Source: Eledone cirrhosa
Lineage: Eukaryota
Assembly: GCA_964016885.1 (NCBI GenBank)
Contig: OZ024741.1
Coordinates: 291,214,001-291,278,000, forward strand
DNA: 64,000 bases
Reading direction: 5' to 3'
In this document: in pieces, positions 45,876-59,685 of the stretch
Layout of the letters: each line of letters opens with the position of its first letter
Numbering within the stretch: the first letter of the stretch is position 1
The notes under the pieces: model-generated
The model's database searches: none
What the model was told of the DNA's origin: nothing
Seen by the model: only the letters and a program-made list of their open reading frames with translations
Translations under genes and position numbers: made by a program

Positions 45876-48023
45876 ATGAAGGAAGACATCACAGACTTCT
45901 GTAGAAAGTTACGACTTAGTGAACAACTATTCGACCAGTACAATGAGGATGAATCATTAGCCAGAAATAGAAGCAATTACACCCCTTCAAAAGGTAGAAA
46001 TAAAATCCTGGACGAATTCTGTGAACACATCACAAACTTCCCTTACCAACACTTGCACAGACAACAACACAAGCCAAACCTCAACAAGAAAGAATGGGAA
46101 GAATTAAATAGATTAAAAACCGACAGAACCTTTACAATTAAAGAGGCTGATAAAGGGAGTACAGTAGTCCTAATGGAGACAGAATTCTATATCAACTTAG
46201 CGCTCTCCACTTTGGAAAACGAAACATACTACGAAAAGGCTGAACACTACAATCAACAGAAAATTATGAGAAACCTAAAAACTCTAATCAACCAATACAA
46301 AGAAGGACTCACTAACAAGGAATTCAGCTTCATCACAGACTTCACAAGTAAATCCAGCCTTTTCTACGGTATCCCTAAAGTACATAAAAGCGAATCAATA
46401 AGTAAGGCATGCAAGGAAGCCACAGACATAGTCATCAATGTCCCCTCACCCAATGATCTCAAATTAAGACCTATAATAGCAGGCCCCGCTTGCGAAACGC
46501 ACCGTCTTAGCAGCTTCATTGATACCCTTCTCAAACCCTTCCTCAAACACATCAAAAGCTATATAAGGGACAACCTAGATATGCTCAATCACCTCCCTAA
46601 TATGCCACTTTCTGAACAAACCCTACTAGTGACGTTCGATGTAGTCAACCTATACTCCAACATCCCCCACAACCTAGGAATAGAAGCTATCCAATTCTGG
46701 CTGGATAATTTCCACAATGAACTCCCACAACGCATCAAGAAAGAATTCGTGATAGAGGGACTCAAATTTATCTTGGAGAACAATTACTTCGTTTTCAATA
46801 ACAAACCCTACAGGCAGAAATCTGGGACCGCTATGGGAACGAAAACAGCCCCCACTTATGCCAACCTATTCATGGGATACCTGGAAATCACCCTCTACAC
46901 TAAAGTCCTAAACAAATTTGGAAACACCCTCCACTTACACATTGAAAGGAACTGGAAGCGATATCTAGATGACTGCTTCATCCTTTGGCACGAAAACATC
47001 GAAAAACTTAAAGAATTTCACACCCTTATAAATGGGCTCAACACGAATATTAACTTCACGATGGAATACAGCCATCAACAACTCCCCTTCCTCGACATCC
47101 TCATTAAGATCCATAACAAAAAAATAGAAACAGACATATACTACAAGCCCACAGACTCCAAGCAATATCTCCCCTTCAACTCTTGCCACCCTAGACACGG
47201 TAAAATTAATATTCCCTACAACTTAGCCAAGACAATCTGTACTTTAGTCTCCAATAAAAACATCTGCTACTTACGGCTACAAGAACTAAAGGACACACTC
47301 ATAGGCAGGGACTACACTGCATCACTAATTGACAATGGAATCCAACGTGCCCTAAAACTCAGTACCCAGGACCTTAGACACCCTAAAGTAAATCAACCGA
47401 AACTAAAAGTTCTTCCATACATCTCCACACACAACCCCCTCAACAATGAGGCCTTTGACACCATCCTCCAGAACATCCCTGTGTTGAAAAAGGACCATAG
47501 AATGAACCAAATTCTACGAACACACGATATCATAAAGAGCAAAAGACAATCCAAGTCAATGAAAAACATCCTAACACATGCCAAAATACTGCCTACCACA
47601 ACAACGAAACCCACAGTAAAAAAATGCGATAGACCCAACTGTGGCATTTGCATCAACCTAATAGAGGGTTCGGAATTCTATTTCAAAGATGGACAACGTT
47701 TTATAGTAAAACACAATTTCACATGTGCATCGGAAAATCTAATATATGTATTAACTTGCTCAGGTTGTCGAGAACAATACATAGGCCAGACCAAAAACAG
47801 CCTCCGCCAACGCATGACTGTCCATAGATCCCAAATTAAAATACGGGAATACAGGAAAATACCACTGAGTGAACACATTGATACCTGTGCCGCCCAAAAT
47901 CATCCCAACTTCAGAATCTTTCCCCTCTACAAATTTAAAGATAATGCCACCCACACCCAGCGCATCAGCAAGGAATCTTACTTTATTAACAAATACGGAC
48001 CCCGTCTAAACACTTCTCCCTAA
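45876..48023 (+). CDS. PLE reverse transcriptase + GIY-YIG endonuclease (frame stays open upstream to at least 45699)
   Basis: Upstream in-frame IINLTS..LLYKGLKFTPTP. IKEADKG, FYGIPKVHK, LRPII, FDVVNLYSNIP, GTAMGT..AP.YANLFM, RYLDD, FLD, CDRPNCGIC linker, LIYVLTCSGC..YIGQT..R..H..H, LN. 715 aa without a stop. Confidence 0.95.
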   Translation: MKEDITDFCRKLRLSEQLFDQYNEDESLARNRSNYTPSKGRNKILDEFCEHITNFPYQHLHRQQHKPNLNKKEWEELNRLKTDRTFTIKEADKGSTVVLMETEFYINLALSTLENETYYEKAEHYNQQKIMRNLKTLINQYKEGLTNKEFSFITDFTSKSSLFYGIPKVHKSESISKACKEATDIVINVPSPNDLKLRPIIAGPACETHRLSSFIDTLLKPFLKHIKSYIRDNLDMLNHLPNMPLSEQTLLVTFDVVNLYSNIPHNLGIEAIQFWLDNFHNELPQRIKKEFVIEGLKFILENNYFVFNNKPYRQKSGTAMGTKTAPTYANLFMGYLEITLYTKVLNKFGNTLHLHIERNWKRYLDDCFILWHENIEKLKEFHTLINGLNTNINFTMEYSHQQLPFLDILIKIHNKKIETDIYYKPTDSKQYLPFNSCHPRHGKINIPYNLAKTICTLVSNKNICYLRLQELKDTLIGRDYTASLIDNGIQRALKLSTQDLRHPKVNQPKLKVLPYISTHNPLNNEAFDTILQNIPVLKKDHRMNQILRTHDIIKSKRQSKSMKNILTHAKILPTTTTKPTVKKCDRPNCGICINLIEGSEFYFKDGQRFIVKHNFTCASENLIYVLTCSGCREQYIGQTKNSLRQRMTVHRSQIKIREYRKIPLSEHIDTCAAQNHPNFRIFPLYKFKDNATHTQRISKESYFINKYGPRLNTSP

Positions 48024-48165
48024 GACGAACCCACAACATACACACGTCAACATACATACCTACAACAGCACACATCTCTACCCACATATAAACACAATGA
48101 CATACGTAAACACACATGCTCTATGGTGCAACACAAAAAAATATATGTGTATATATATATGTATG

Positions 48166-48197
<32 letters not shown>

Positions 48198-49114
48198 GTG
48201 AATATATGTATGTGTATATATATATAGTGAATATCATTTCACACCTTTTATTGTTAAGATTTTTGATGTTCTATTAAGAGAACCGATTTTACTGAAAAAA
48301 TCGAATAATGTACACCATTTTGCCAGGGGGAAAAAAATACTGGTCCACCCACACACACACACACACACACACATATATACACACACACATACACACGCGT
48401 ACATTAACATACAAAGAGACTTTTACACACACACACACACACACGCACTTCTCCGTATAAGACAAAAGCTGAAAAATATCTTTTGACATGCTAAAATACC
48501 CTCATTGCTTTCAGACACATTCTTACTGACCATCCCTGCTACCACGAATTACTCTGCTATATACACACACACACTTATCTTAATAGCCATTTGACACACA
48601 TCCCTGCTAACCATTATCACAACATCGAACACCTTACTACTACTACACACACACACACACACACACACGCATATTTGTTGTGAAAGAGTCATTTCTCAAT
48701 CTTGGCGCAAAACCAGTTTTTTGGTAGCGCTGGAGCCACTTTTTTAACATAAAAACAGTCTTGGCGCAAAATCATTTTTTTACATTCACATGACCTCTAC
48801 CGACCAATCGAAATTGTTTTGACCACAAGAATTTTTGCAACACCAAAGTAACCCTGGAGCCACTTTTTTAACATGTAGAATTCACAAAACTAATCAGATC
48901 AGAGCAAACAACACGGACACTCTATATCAAAATTATTGTTGAAAAGCATTTAGAAATGCGCAACCGGTAAAAACTTAAAAACTTAAAACCACAACTGAAT
49001 ACTAACCCATACAATCACTAATACTCTTTTATTCCTAATTAAACCATTTTTCAACTGTGAACAATTTGTCAGCATTTTCTATTCCGTTTACCAATATATA
49101 TATATATATATATA

Positions 49115-49875
49115 TATAGAAGAGCTTCTACAGGACTAGAAACGTTTCATTCGTGATAAATCAACATGGAGCTGGCTGTCCAAGTAAGTAGTGGTATTTA
49201 TATCTTTCCTCTTCTGGTGGTAGGAGAGGGTGGGGATTGGGATGGGTTGAGGTCATTGGTTGAAAGATTTAAAGAAGAGGATGTTCATTAAAAGCTAATT
49301 CTTTAAAGCTATGGTATTAACAAAGGCAGAAAGAATACTATAAACATTATCAAATTTGGAATGCCAATCCTAATGCCTGTAAGACAGGTGTCTACAGGAT
49401 GGGTGGGGTTCAATGGTTTAAAAAAAAGGGAAATTCTTTAGAAGCTAATTCTTTAAGGCTGAAATAAGTGTGACAAAGGTAGAAAGGGTTCCATCAACAG
49501 ATTCAAGTATTGGGGTGATTCCCCTTATTGTGAAGTTTATCTTAATATATATTCCAGGTGTCGACAAGCACATTCACACACTCGCCCACTTATACACGTA
49601 CATACACAGGCAGGCACACACACAACGCCCATCCATAATGGTACATACACACATACATATATACAAATATATACACACATATATATACATACATACATAT
49701 AAATGTGTGTACATACATACGCACACACACACACACATATATATATATACATACATGATGATTTCTCACGAATGAAACAGTTCTGGTCCTGTAGAAGCTC
49801 TTCTATATTAAAGCTATGTATTGAGTACCTTACTTACTGTGGTTACCTCCGATTCTACCCGGAATAACTTACATA
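49115..49875 (+). mobile_element. Family J element with inverted ends and tail (mini copy at 50521-50655)
   Basis: 49115-49170 is inverted against 49753-49807. Decayed HHR aTGATGA-tTTC tcac GAAt-GAAA-cagttctgg-TC. The tail TGTATTGAGTA..TTACTGT is shared with 50625-50650. Confidence 0.7.
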
Positions 49876-49901
49876 TACATATATATATATATATATATAT
49901 A

Positions 49902-50423
49902 TTAGGTATAGGATTATCCAAGATGCAGTGATGGTTAATTACTACACTGGATATGGTTGACGTACGGTAAGAGGTTACTCTACGAGTTATGGAAGAATTG
50001 TTCAAGAAACTTAGTTCCTGATCCTTCAGTATTCCGGAGTGTATATAAAGAATGAATAATAACAGGTAGACATCATAAAAAGGTAGTTTATTCCGTGTGC
50101 TTACAAGTGTTTCCACGGTGGTACTGCAGCCTAGTTCCGCTACGTGCAAATTCACAAGTATTTGCAGAACTCGAATATCCAATGCTGTGACCACTGTTTC
50201 CTCAGAGCAGAATGGTAAATATACAACCCCACTTAAGGGTTTTTACATTGTATATTTACCATTCTGCTCTGAGGAAACAGTGGTCACAGCATTGGATATT
50301 CGAGTTCTGCAAATACTTGTGAATTTGCACGTAGCGGAACTAGGCTGCAGTACCACCGTGGAAACACTTGTAAGCACATGGAATAAACTACCTTTTTATG
50401 ATGTCTACCTGTTATTATTCATT

Positions 50424-50430
<7 letters not shown>
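49902..50430 (-). mobile_element. Family K fold-back element
   Basis: 50044-50226 is inverted against 50248-50430 (near perfect). Tail at 49902-50043. Confidence 0.9.
50265..50376 (+). ncRNA. Type I hammerhead with 85-nt stem II domain (mirror copy at 50098-50209 on minus strand)
   Basis: TGCT-CTGAGGA-aacaGTGGT..ACCACcgtg-GAAA-CActTG-TA-AGCA. Confidence 0.8.
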
Positions 50431-50511
<81 letters not shown>

Positions 50512-51357
50512 GAGAGGTTTATATAGAAAAAATCTTCTACAGGACTAGAACTGCTTCATTCGTATGAAACAGTTCTACACTTGTAGAAGCCTTTTCTATA
50601 TAAAACCTTGTCGTCATTCTACACGTGTATTGAGTAGCTTATTTACTGTAGCCCCCCCCCCCCTCTCCCCGTCTCAAATCAGGATCAACGTACATATATG
50701 GCTGGGTGCCGTGTCTATGGTAACGATCTTGTCTCTGTCTGTTTATAGCAGTTCAACAACAATGATCGATAAAATATGTACCAGACCTGAAAATAATAAT
50801 TACTGGTGTCGATATGATTGATTACATTACGGTCGTGGCCCAGCATGACTGCTGTCAGAGGACGGAAGCCAGTATAAGAATAAAAGAAATGAATATATCT
50901 CTTTTAAAATAAACATACGTCAGAAAAAGGAATTTTATAGAGTAACTTAAGGAACTGGAAATTTGAAATGGCGGTTAAAAACCTCTTTATATCTTCTCCA
51001 CATGTTATAATCTTTAATTAACACCAAATGTAGTAGACATTTAAAATTGACAGTAAAACCTAGTTAATTCTGATTGGACACATATGAAATTAGGTCAATC
51101 AATCTGAAAGGTTCCGGGTCAAACAGTTGTCAGTAAGATAATGGCAGATCTGTTTTTGCTGTGGCTGCTGTTACTGTCATTTTGTTGATGTTGATGTTGT
51201 CGTTGTCGTCGTTATTGACGTTGCTACCATTTCTTTAGCTGCGAATATATACATGTCGAACTTTCTTTCCTCTTTCTAATATAAAGCGTGAAACTTAAGA
51301 CTTTTTGTATTGTACTTCTGTTTGATGTCTCCTATATATATATATATATATATATAT

Positions 51358-51760
51358 AGGAACGAGTAGGACCCCGACGGCTGAGCTCAAGCCGTTTCGA
51401 CGGCTAATTCTGGACTAAATGAACATGTTTATCCTGGTATATGAATAGCCGAGCTTCTCAGGGGGCAATTCCCTATATGGTAAAAGTGATTGTCACAAGG
51501 TATGGTCAAAAGTTTGTTGTTGAGACATGTGTCTCAACAACAAACTTTTGACCAATCCTTGTGACTTTCTGAGGACGGCATGTATATGTGAAGGTATGTA
51601 TATTTCCTCTGATAATTTGTAATATGTTTACATAGATCTATATGATATACATACCAACACACATATACATCCCAGAAACGTTTGAATTGTTTAATATAAG
51701 GAACTTGTTCTTTGTTTTTATTTCATTGTTTTTATTAATTTATCTTGACTCTGTTTTCCT
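51358..51760. mobile_element. Family C inverted arm with full HHR, a hairpin junction, then a family D HHR segment
   Basis: Minus 51466-51371: GCCCC-CTGAGAA-..CGGCTA..TAGCCG..-GAAA-CGGCT..AGCCG-TC-GGGGT. Hairpin at 51503-51554. Plus 51569-51685: CTGAGGA..GAAACGTT, homologous to 58291-58504. Confidence 0.7.
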
Positions 51761-51799
51761 ATACCGATACTGCCAATCCACCCCATATATTATTATATA

Positions 51800-51987
51800 A
51801 TTGTTTCTACTTTAGGCACAAGGCCAGCAATTACCCAGTGCATTACTGGTACTTTATTTTATCGACCCCGTAAGGATGAAAGGCAAAGTCAACCTCGGCG
51901 GGATTTGAACTCAGATCGTAAAGAGACGTAACTATGCTGGAAAGCATGGCGTCCGACTCTCTACCGATACTGCCAATCCACCGCCCA
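51800..51987 (-). mobile_element. Full-length tRNA-derived SINE
   Basis: GGGCGGTGGATTGGCAGTATCGGTAGAG..GAGTTCAAATCCCGCC..CTTTCATCCTTACGGGGTCGATAAA. Flanking direct repeat at about 51762-51801 and 51962-52003. Confidence 0.88.
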
Positions 51988-52110
51988 TATATTATTATAT
52001 AATGCTCAGTATTTATACTCTGGGCTTGTTAATTACGGGGTACCAATATGGGTTAGTAACTCTGAATTTTATTTGTATATATATGCACATCCACACACAC
52101 ACACATATAT

Positions 52111-52177
<67 letters not shown>

Positions 52178-52181
<4 letters not shown>

Positions 52182-52700
52182 GGAGGTGAGTTTTATTGTA
52201 GTACAATAAAGCAATGCAGATATCGGATAAGAAGCACTCTACAGTTTGTGGGACTGGAGTATGCATAATATAAGATCAAAAGATGGTTAAAGGAGTTCAA
52301 TATATTTTATTATGCGCATTTCAAAAACAAACATCATCAAACAATAATATTTGTGTTTTCATCAGATAAAACAGGAGAACATGATATGAAGGCTAAAAAA
52401 AACACTTGTTGATAGTGCAGTTTTAAATCAACATATGAAAAGTGGTTTTAGATTGATGTGTGATATTGGGAAAAATATTTTATTTAGAGAGGGGGGGAGA
52501 GAAAAGGATGAAAAGGGAAGGAGATGAGAGGGAGAGATGGGTGATAGAGAGAAAGAGATAGTTTTTATAACAGAGAGGAGATATATTTTATATAGAGGGG
52601 TTGAAAACCGTTGGAAGATACTGTATAAATTAAAAATTTTGAAAATTAACGAAGGGAGGATATGTGCGAATGCGAAATCCAGTATTAAATCTGATATTCT
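52178..52700 (-). mobile_element. Family I PLE-type 3' end with HHR and complete tail
   Basis: HHR at 52304-52371 and tail at 52178-52266 abutting (TA)n. The right boundary is uncertain. Confidence 0.7.
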
Positions 52701-53083
52701 TGTATTTCAGTAGAGTCATGCTGCCAATAACACACGTGCTAGTTAAGGTACACCTCAGTTTTATAAGTAGTTACGTAATTAAAGCATTCCTTGGTTAAAT
52801 TAGTATGCCCATTCTAGCCCCTCTGTGTTTCTTCTTTTATTCGGCTTTTATTTAATGCATACACACACACACACACACACGTCCACACACAAAATATATA
52901 TGTGTATATACATACATACATACATATGTGTGTATGTGTGTGTGTGTGTATGTGTGTGTGTGTGTATGTGTGTATGTGTGTATGTGTTTATGTGTGTAAA
53001 ATGTAAAAGAAAGCAAACAACCCAACGACACCGTACATTGAAGAAATATATGAATTTAAAGCTTAAAATAGCAGGTAAATAGG

Positions 53084-53117
53084 CTTAACGTTTCGGACAC
53101 TAGTCCTTCATCAGAAG
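53084..53117 (-). ncRNA. Minimal type I hammerhead
   Basis: CTT-CTGATGA-aGGAC tagt GTCC-GAAA-CG-TT-AAG. Confidence 0.75.
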
Positions 53118-53591
53118 ATAGATTTAAGACTAGATAATAAAATAGAAAGATAAAGAGTAAGAAGAGGAAGTAACGGGGAGAAAAAAGTAGGGAAAAACAC
53201 GTGCTTATTCAGTCAACCATTACGTACTTATATATATAATATATGTATATATTTAATGTATATATATGTGTGTATACACAGACCCACCCACCAACACACA
53301 TAAAACCACCCACCCAACACACACACACACACACACATATATATGTGTGTGTATAAATATATAAATGTATATGCACATATATATCTAGATATATATATAT
53401 CTATATATATATAAATATGTATGCATATATATATGCATATATATATATATATATATATATATGCATACATATTTCTATATATACATATGTATATATATAT
53501 ATATATCTGCATATACCCTGGTATATATGCATATATATATACATATAAATATAGATGCATATATATATATATAAATATATATATATGAATA

Positions 53592-53721
<130 letters not shown>

Positions 53722-53731
53722 TATATATATA

Positions 53732-53807
<76 letters not shown>

Positions 53808-53809
53808 TA

Positions 53810-53871
<62 letters not shown>

Positions 53872-53885
53872 TATATATATGAATA

Positions 53886-53977
<92 letters not shown>

Positions 53978-54338
53978 TATATGAAAAAATGGGGAGAAGA
54001 ATACTGCAGGTTGCACATGGATAACATGTTATAAAATGAGTCCCTCATCAGTGATTTGCCAACGATCATAGATATTTCATTGCATTAAAAATCATATACC
54101 TCACGTTGGTGCAATAATAACTAAATTAAGTTATTAGGACAATTAAAACGTGTAAAGCGAGTGAGACAAGTAACAATAAAGAGGAAAGCTAACCGTAGAT
54201 AAGAAGGGCACAAGCTACATAGTTATTCTGTCAGAATAAGCTGGGTGAATATATGAGCGCGTAGAAAAAAGACCTTTCGAGATGAATCCAAATGTAAGAA
54301 AGAAGGAAATTGTTTTCGTCGCGAACGGGTGAAGTGAG

Positions 54339-54375
<37 letters not shown>

Positions 54376-54876
54376 CGAGAGAGTATGTATGTGCATGTAC
54401 TTGCGTGTACGTGTATGTATGTGTGTCTGTATGTCTGTGTATTTTTCTTTCTTTTTCTCTTTGTAGTAATAGTCAATATATATTGAGATCAGTATTTTTA
54501 AAAGACCTCTAAACAACCTTCACCGTCACCCATAAAGTGGTGTATATAATGGCGGTAGAAAAGTCACAGTTAATCCACCAGAGTTCAGAAAGAAACTGAC
54601 TGATGAAATATGTGAGCTAAGGGACATCTTTATCCTTGTCTGGGAAAGACATTCATACTAACTGAGCTGCAGTAGCAGCAGCCACGCTAAAAGGAAATGC
54701 TCATTTAAGTAGATCAAATTGTTCTCAATAGACTGATAGGTCTTTCATGTCAGACTTTCATCAATACTTTGGGTCGTATATGCATTGACGCTACATTAAT
54801 AATCCTTTTCTCCTGTTGCTCCTTACATTGTTACATATTACCCTCCGCCACCACTTCTTTCTTCTTCTTCTTCTTC

Positions 54877-54956
<80 letters not shown>

Positions 54957-54957
<1 letters not shown>

Positions 54958-55170
54958 TGGCAGTATCAGTAGATGGTCAGACGGCATGCTTTTCAGCATA
55001 GAGTTACGGCCCTTTATGATTGATGTGAGTTCAAATCCTGCCGAGGTTAACTTGACTTTCATCCTTATGGGGACGATAAAATAATACCAGTCACGCACTG
55101 GGGTCGATTTAATCGACTTGCCCCCCCCCCCCAATTGCTGGACTTGTGCCTATATAAGAAACCATTATTA
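54957..55170 (+). mobile_element. tRNA-derived SINE next to an (ATT)n tract
   Basis: TTGGCAGTATCAGTAGA..GAGTTCAAATCCTGCCGAGG..TTTCATCC..GATAAAATAATACCAG. Confidence 0.8.
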
Positions 55171-55329
55171 TTCGTCGCCCTCGTCGCCGACGTCTTCTTC
55201 TATCTATCTATATATTTATCTGTCTCTTTATCTATCTGTCTATCTATCGACCAACATATATGGATGTGTGTGTGTGCACATATCGTCATCATTATCGGCG
55301 ATATGTACACTCATACATACACGCATGGT

Positions 55330-55872
55330 TGCAGTACATGCCTACATACATAGATACATACATACAATACATAAAACATACATACATACATACATACATA
55401 CATACATACATACATACATACATACAGAACATAAATACATATCATACATAAATACATACATGTATACAGTACATATATACATGCATACATACATACATAC
55501 ATACATACATACATACATACATACATACATACATACATACATACATACATACATACATACATTCTGTACATACAAACGTACATAGATATATTCCTACATA
55601 CATATATACATATATACCGTACATACATATATACAGTATATAAATGCATACATATATAGGCACATACGTACATACATACATAGGCACATACATACATACA
55701 TACGCACATACGTACATACATATAAATACAATACATATACATACAGTACATATACATACAGTATATATAATGCATGCATATACATACATACATGTACATA
55801 TTCATACATACATACATGCATGTATATACATACATACATACACATACATACATACATACATACATACATACA

Positions 55873-55904
<32 letters not shown>

Positions 55905-56073
55905 CATATATATATATATACATATAATATATATATATATATATACACAATACATACATATATACAGTACATACATACATATACACACATACATGTATAC
56001 ATGCATGTATATACATATATACATATTACATACATACATACATATATATATATATACATATATATATATAGAT

Positions 56074-56108
<35 letters not shown>

Positions 56109-56111
56109 GAT

Positions 56112-56178
<67 letters not shown>

Positions 56179-57720
56179 GTACATACATACATACATACAT
56201 ACATACATACATACATACATACATACATACATACATACATACATACATACATGTATATATTTGAGACCAAGATGGGCAGAGAAAAAAGACAACGCTGCTT
56301 AAAATGTCATCAGACTGTGAAAAGCCTGCAAAATGTCAGCCAGCTACTTGAGCCCGGATAAATAGAGGCGATGACAAGATGGCCTGTAAACAAGGGCAGT
56401 AGTCAGACTATATAGCCTTACCTTACCAACACCAACCACTTCTATAACACATACACGTATACATACATATACATACATACACACACATATACACACATAC
56501 ATATATGTATATATATATGCACATATACATACACATACACGCATACACAAACATACACACACACACATACACACACACATACACATACACACAAACGCAT
56601 ACATACACACACATATATATACACACACATACACACACATACACATACATAGACACATAGGCTTCACTACATATACACACACACGTACACACACATACAC
56701 ACATACACATAGACTTCATCACATATACACATACACATACAGCCATAAACATACACACATACACACATACACACTCACATTCACACACATACACACACAC
56801 ATACAATTCAGCACATATACACACACATATACACACACACATACACATACAGACAAACACACATAAACTTGAGGACATACATACATACACATACGCACAC
56901 ACTTGAGCACACACACACACACATACACATACACACATACACACATACATACACAAACACACACACATACGCACACACACATACACATACACTTGAGCAC
57001 ATATACACGCACGCACATACACATGCACACATACAGACTCACATACACACACACATATACACACATACACATGCACACATACACACTCACATACACACAT
57101 ATACACACACATACACACATACATGCAGACTCACATAGACACGTACACACATACACACATACACACGCACACACACACATGCCCGCACACACACATATGC
57201 AGACATACACATACGCATATTCACATATATACACATGCACACATAGACATCCACGTACACACAAAACACCATATACACATAAATACATATACACATACAC
57301 ATACACATATACATACACGTCAGATACAAACATACACATACACGTACACACAAAACATACACAGATACACAGATGCACATAGCCACACATAAGCATACAC
57401 ACATACACACATACATACACATTAATACACGTAATCGCACAAGCAAATACAAACGAGCATATACACACTCATACACATACACACACACGCAAACAATTAC
57501 ACACACCCACACATACTCACATATTCTCATACACATAAATACACATGCGCAAGTACAAACGCAACCATTCAGACAAACACAGATATAGAAATAAATGCAC
57601 ACTCACACACATACAGACGCACATGCACACACATTTGCACACATACACGCAATATTAGTCAGACTATCTTTCAGCGTGTCCATATCTTCCTCTTCTTCTT
57701 TATCTACATTTCTCTCTCTC

Positions 57721-57792
<72 letters not shown>

Positions 57793-57868
57793 TCTCTCTC
57801 TCTCGCTCTCTCTCTCTTCCTCTACCTCTCTCCCTCCCTCTCCCTCTTCATCTCTCTCTCTCCCTCCA

Positions 57869-57900
<32 letters not shown>
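55330..57900. repeat. Compound (CATA)n/(CA)n/(TA)n/(CT)n low-complexity tract
   Basis: Direct reading. Accounts for all the ORFs called in this interval. Confidence 0.95.
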
Positions 57901-57923
<23 letters not shown>

Positions 57924-58035
57924 GTGTGCGTGGGTGTGTGTGCATGTGTGTGCGCGTAGCGTGTGTTTGTCTAAGTTTGTGTGTACAAACACCTGCATAC
58001 ACATTTATGTATACACACATATATATATATATAAG

Positions 58036-58270
58036 GCACACTCCACTCTCTTTTTCTATGTTTCTTTCTCACGTCTAGTGAGTGATTTCGGAGCATATTC
58101 TCTCATTGAGAGAATATGCTCCGAAATCATTGGACGTATCCGTCGAACCTGCGGGTCCAGAATCAGACAGATCCACACAATGATCGTGTCTCGAGCTGTC
58201 CGCCGGCGAAACAATTGTAACACACAATAAATTGAGTTCAGATGCATCACTGATTATTCGTTTTCTATTA
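58036..58270 (+). mobile_element. Family E relative with a perfect 23-bp hairpin
   Basis: 58083-58129 palindrome (1-nt loop). 58145-58270 is homologous to 12245-12372. GAAA-CAATTG-TA. Confidence 0.75.
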
Positions 58271-58353
58271 TATATATATATATATATATAAAATATTAAA
58301 AAAATAATGAATAAAACAATGAAACAGTTCCTTATATTAAACAAAAAAAGTTC

Positions 58354-58500
58354 ATTATTTAACGATCGTTTCTAGGATATATATGTGTTAGAATTGGCAT
58401 ACATATTCAACAGATCTATGTACAAAATTATACAAAATTATACAAACTATCAAGATTAAATATACATACCAAACACACATATATGCCGTCTTCAGAAATA

Positions 58501-58502
<2 letters not shown>
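58354..58502 (-). ncRNA. Type I hammerhead with ~116-nt stem II domain (family D)
   Basis: ATTATTT-CTGAAGA-cggcATATATGTGT..ACACATATATatccta-GAAA-CGATCG-TT-AAATAAT. Confidence 0.75.
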
Positions 58503-58540
<38 letters not shown>

Positions 58541-58542
<2 letters not shown>

Positions 58543-58699
58543 AAAATGTTAGACCCTGACGGCAGAGCTCAAGCCGTTTCGACGACTATTTCGCTCTGCC
58601 ATCGTGGTCTAACATTTTCCTATTACCCATTCTACTACCCTAAGTATTGAGTACTCTGGTGCGTTATGGTCCATCTGGTTCCTTACCACACCTCCTTCG

Positions 58700-58702
<3 letters not shown>
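58541..58702 (+). mobile_element. Family C fold-back element
   Basis: 58541-58568 is inverted against 58593-58620, followed by a tail to 58702. (TA)n flanks. Confidence 0.8.
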
Positions 58703-58767
<65 letters not shown>

Positions 58768-58809
58768 ATTATATATATATATTATATATATTATATATAT
58801 ATTTATATA

Positions 58810-58873
<64 letters not shown>

Positions 58874-59128
58874 GAGTATATATATATATATACTTCATGC
58901 AAAGCACTCCCCTTAGGGAGTTTAGCCTCTACAATTTGTTGATAAACATAATTGCTGCATAATTTCTTTTCCCTTTCCTATATATATATTGAACATAATC
59001 TACTTTCTGAGGGAATATGTTTGGACTACGATATCTTCTAATATGATGGAAATATGTCTGTTAATTTCACCAAGTTCCTTCCTTCTGCATTGGCGTGAGT
59101 TCAAAACTAGTTTTCATCGGCTCAGGAG

Positions 59129-59166
<38 letters not shown>

Positions 59167-59232
59167 ATCTTTCTTTCCTTTTCTCTTTCTACCCCCCCCC
59201 CTCTCCCTATCTCTCTCTCTCTATATATATAT

Positions 59233-59685
59233 ATATCACAGAAAAAAAGAGAATCAGTGTTGCGACGAATGGAACTTATTGGACATATTACAACCGATTC
59301 TCTGGCGACCAGCTCGAGGCATGATCGATGTGATGATCGAACCCGACTCTGAAAATCGCAACGTCCTCAGATACGTCTTGATTCTACGAAGCAGATTTTC
59401 CTATGTGTTAGGAAAATCTGCTGAGAGGAAAATTTGTAGATAGGAAAATCTGCTTCGTAGAATCAAGACGTATCTGAGGATGTTGCGATTTTCAGAGTCA
59501 TGTTCGATCATCACATCGATCGTGCGTCCAGCTGGTCGCCAGAGAAGCGATTGTAATATGTCCAATAAATTCTATTTGTCGCAACACTGATTCTTCTTTT
59601 TTCTGTGATATACTCTGCTCTATTAGAGCATCGAATGCTCATACGGCCTACCGCATACGGACGCTTTAAGCATCCAACACCAATT
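59233..59685 (+). mobile_element. Fold-back element (distant family E relative)
   Basis: 59233-59403 is inverted against 59441-59610. Tail at 59611-59685. Confidence 0.8.

Noticed and set aside
48255-48705. Split HHR in the Neptune-like 3' UTR (AAGATT-tTTGATGT ... GAAA-GAG..TTC-TC-AATCTT)
   Set aside because: The 5' core is degenerate and ~420 nt away, too weak to call.
54590-54770. CTGATGA at about 54600 and a TTGATGA..GAAA on the minus strand
   Set aside because: Stems cannot be formed consistently.
59000-59065. CTGAGGG...GAAATATGTC
   Set aside because: Core mismatch and no stem I.
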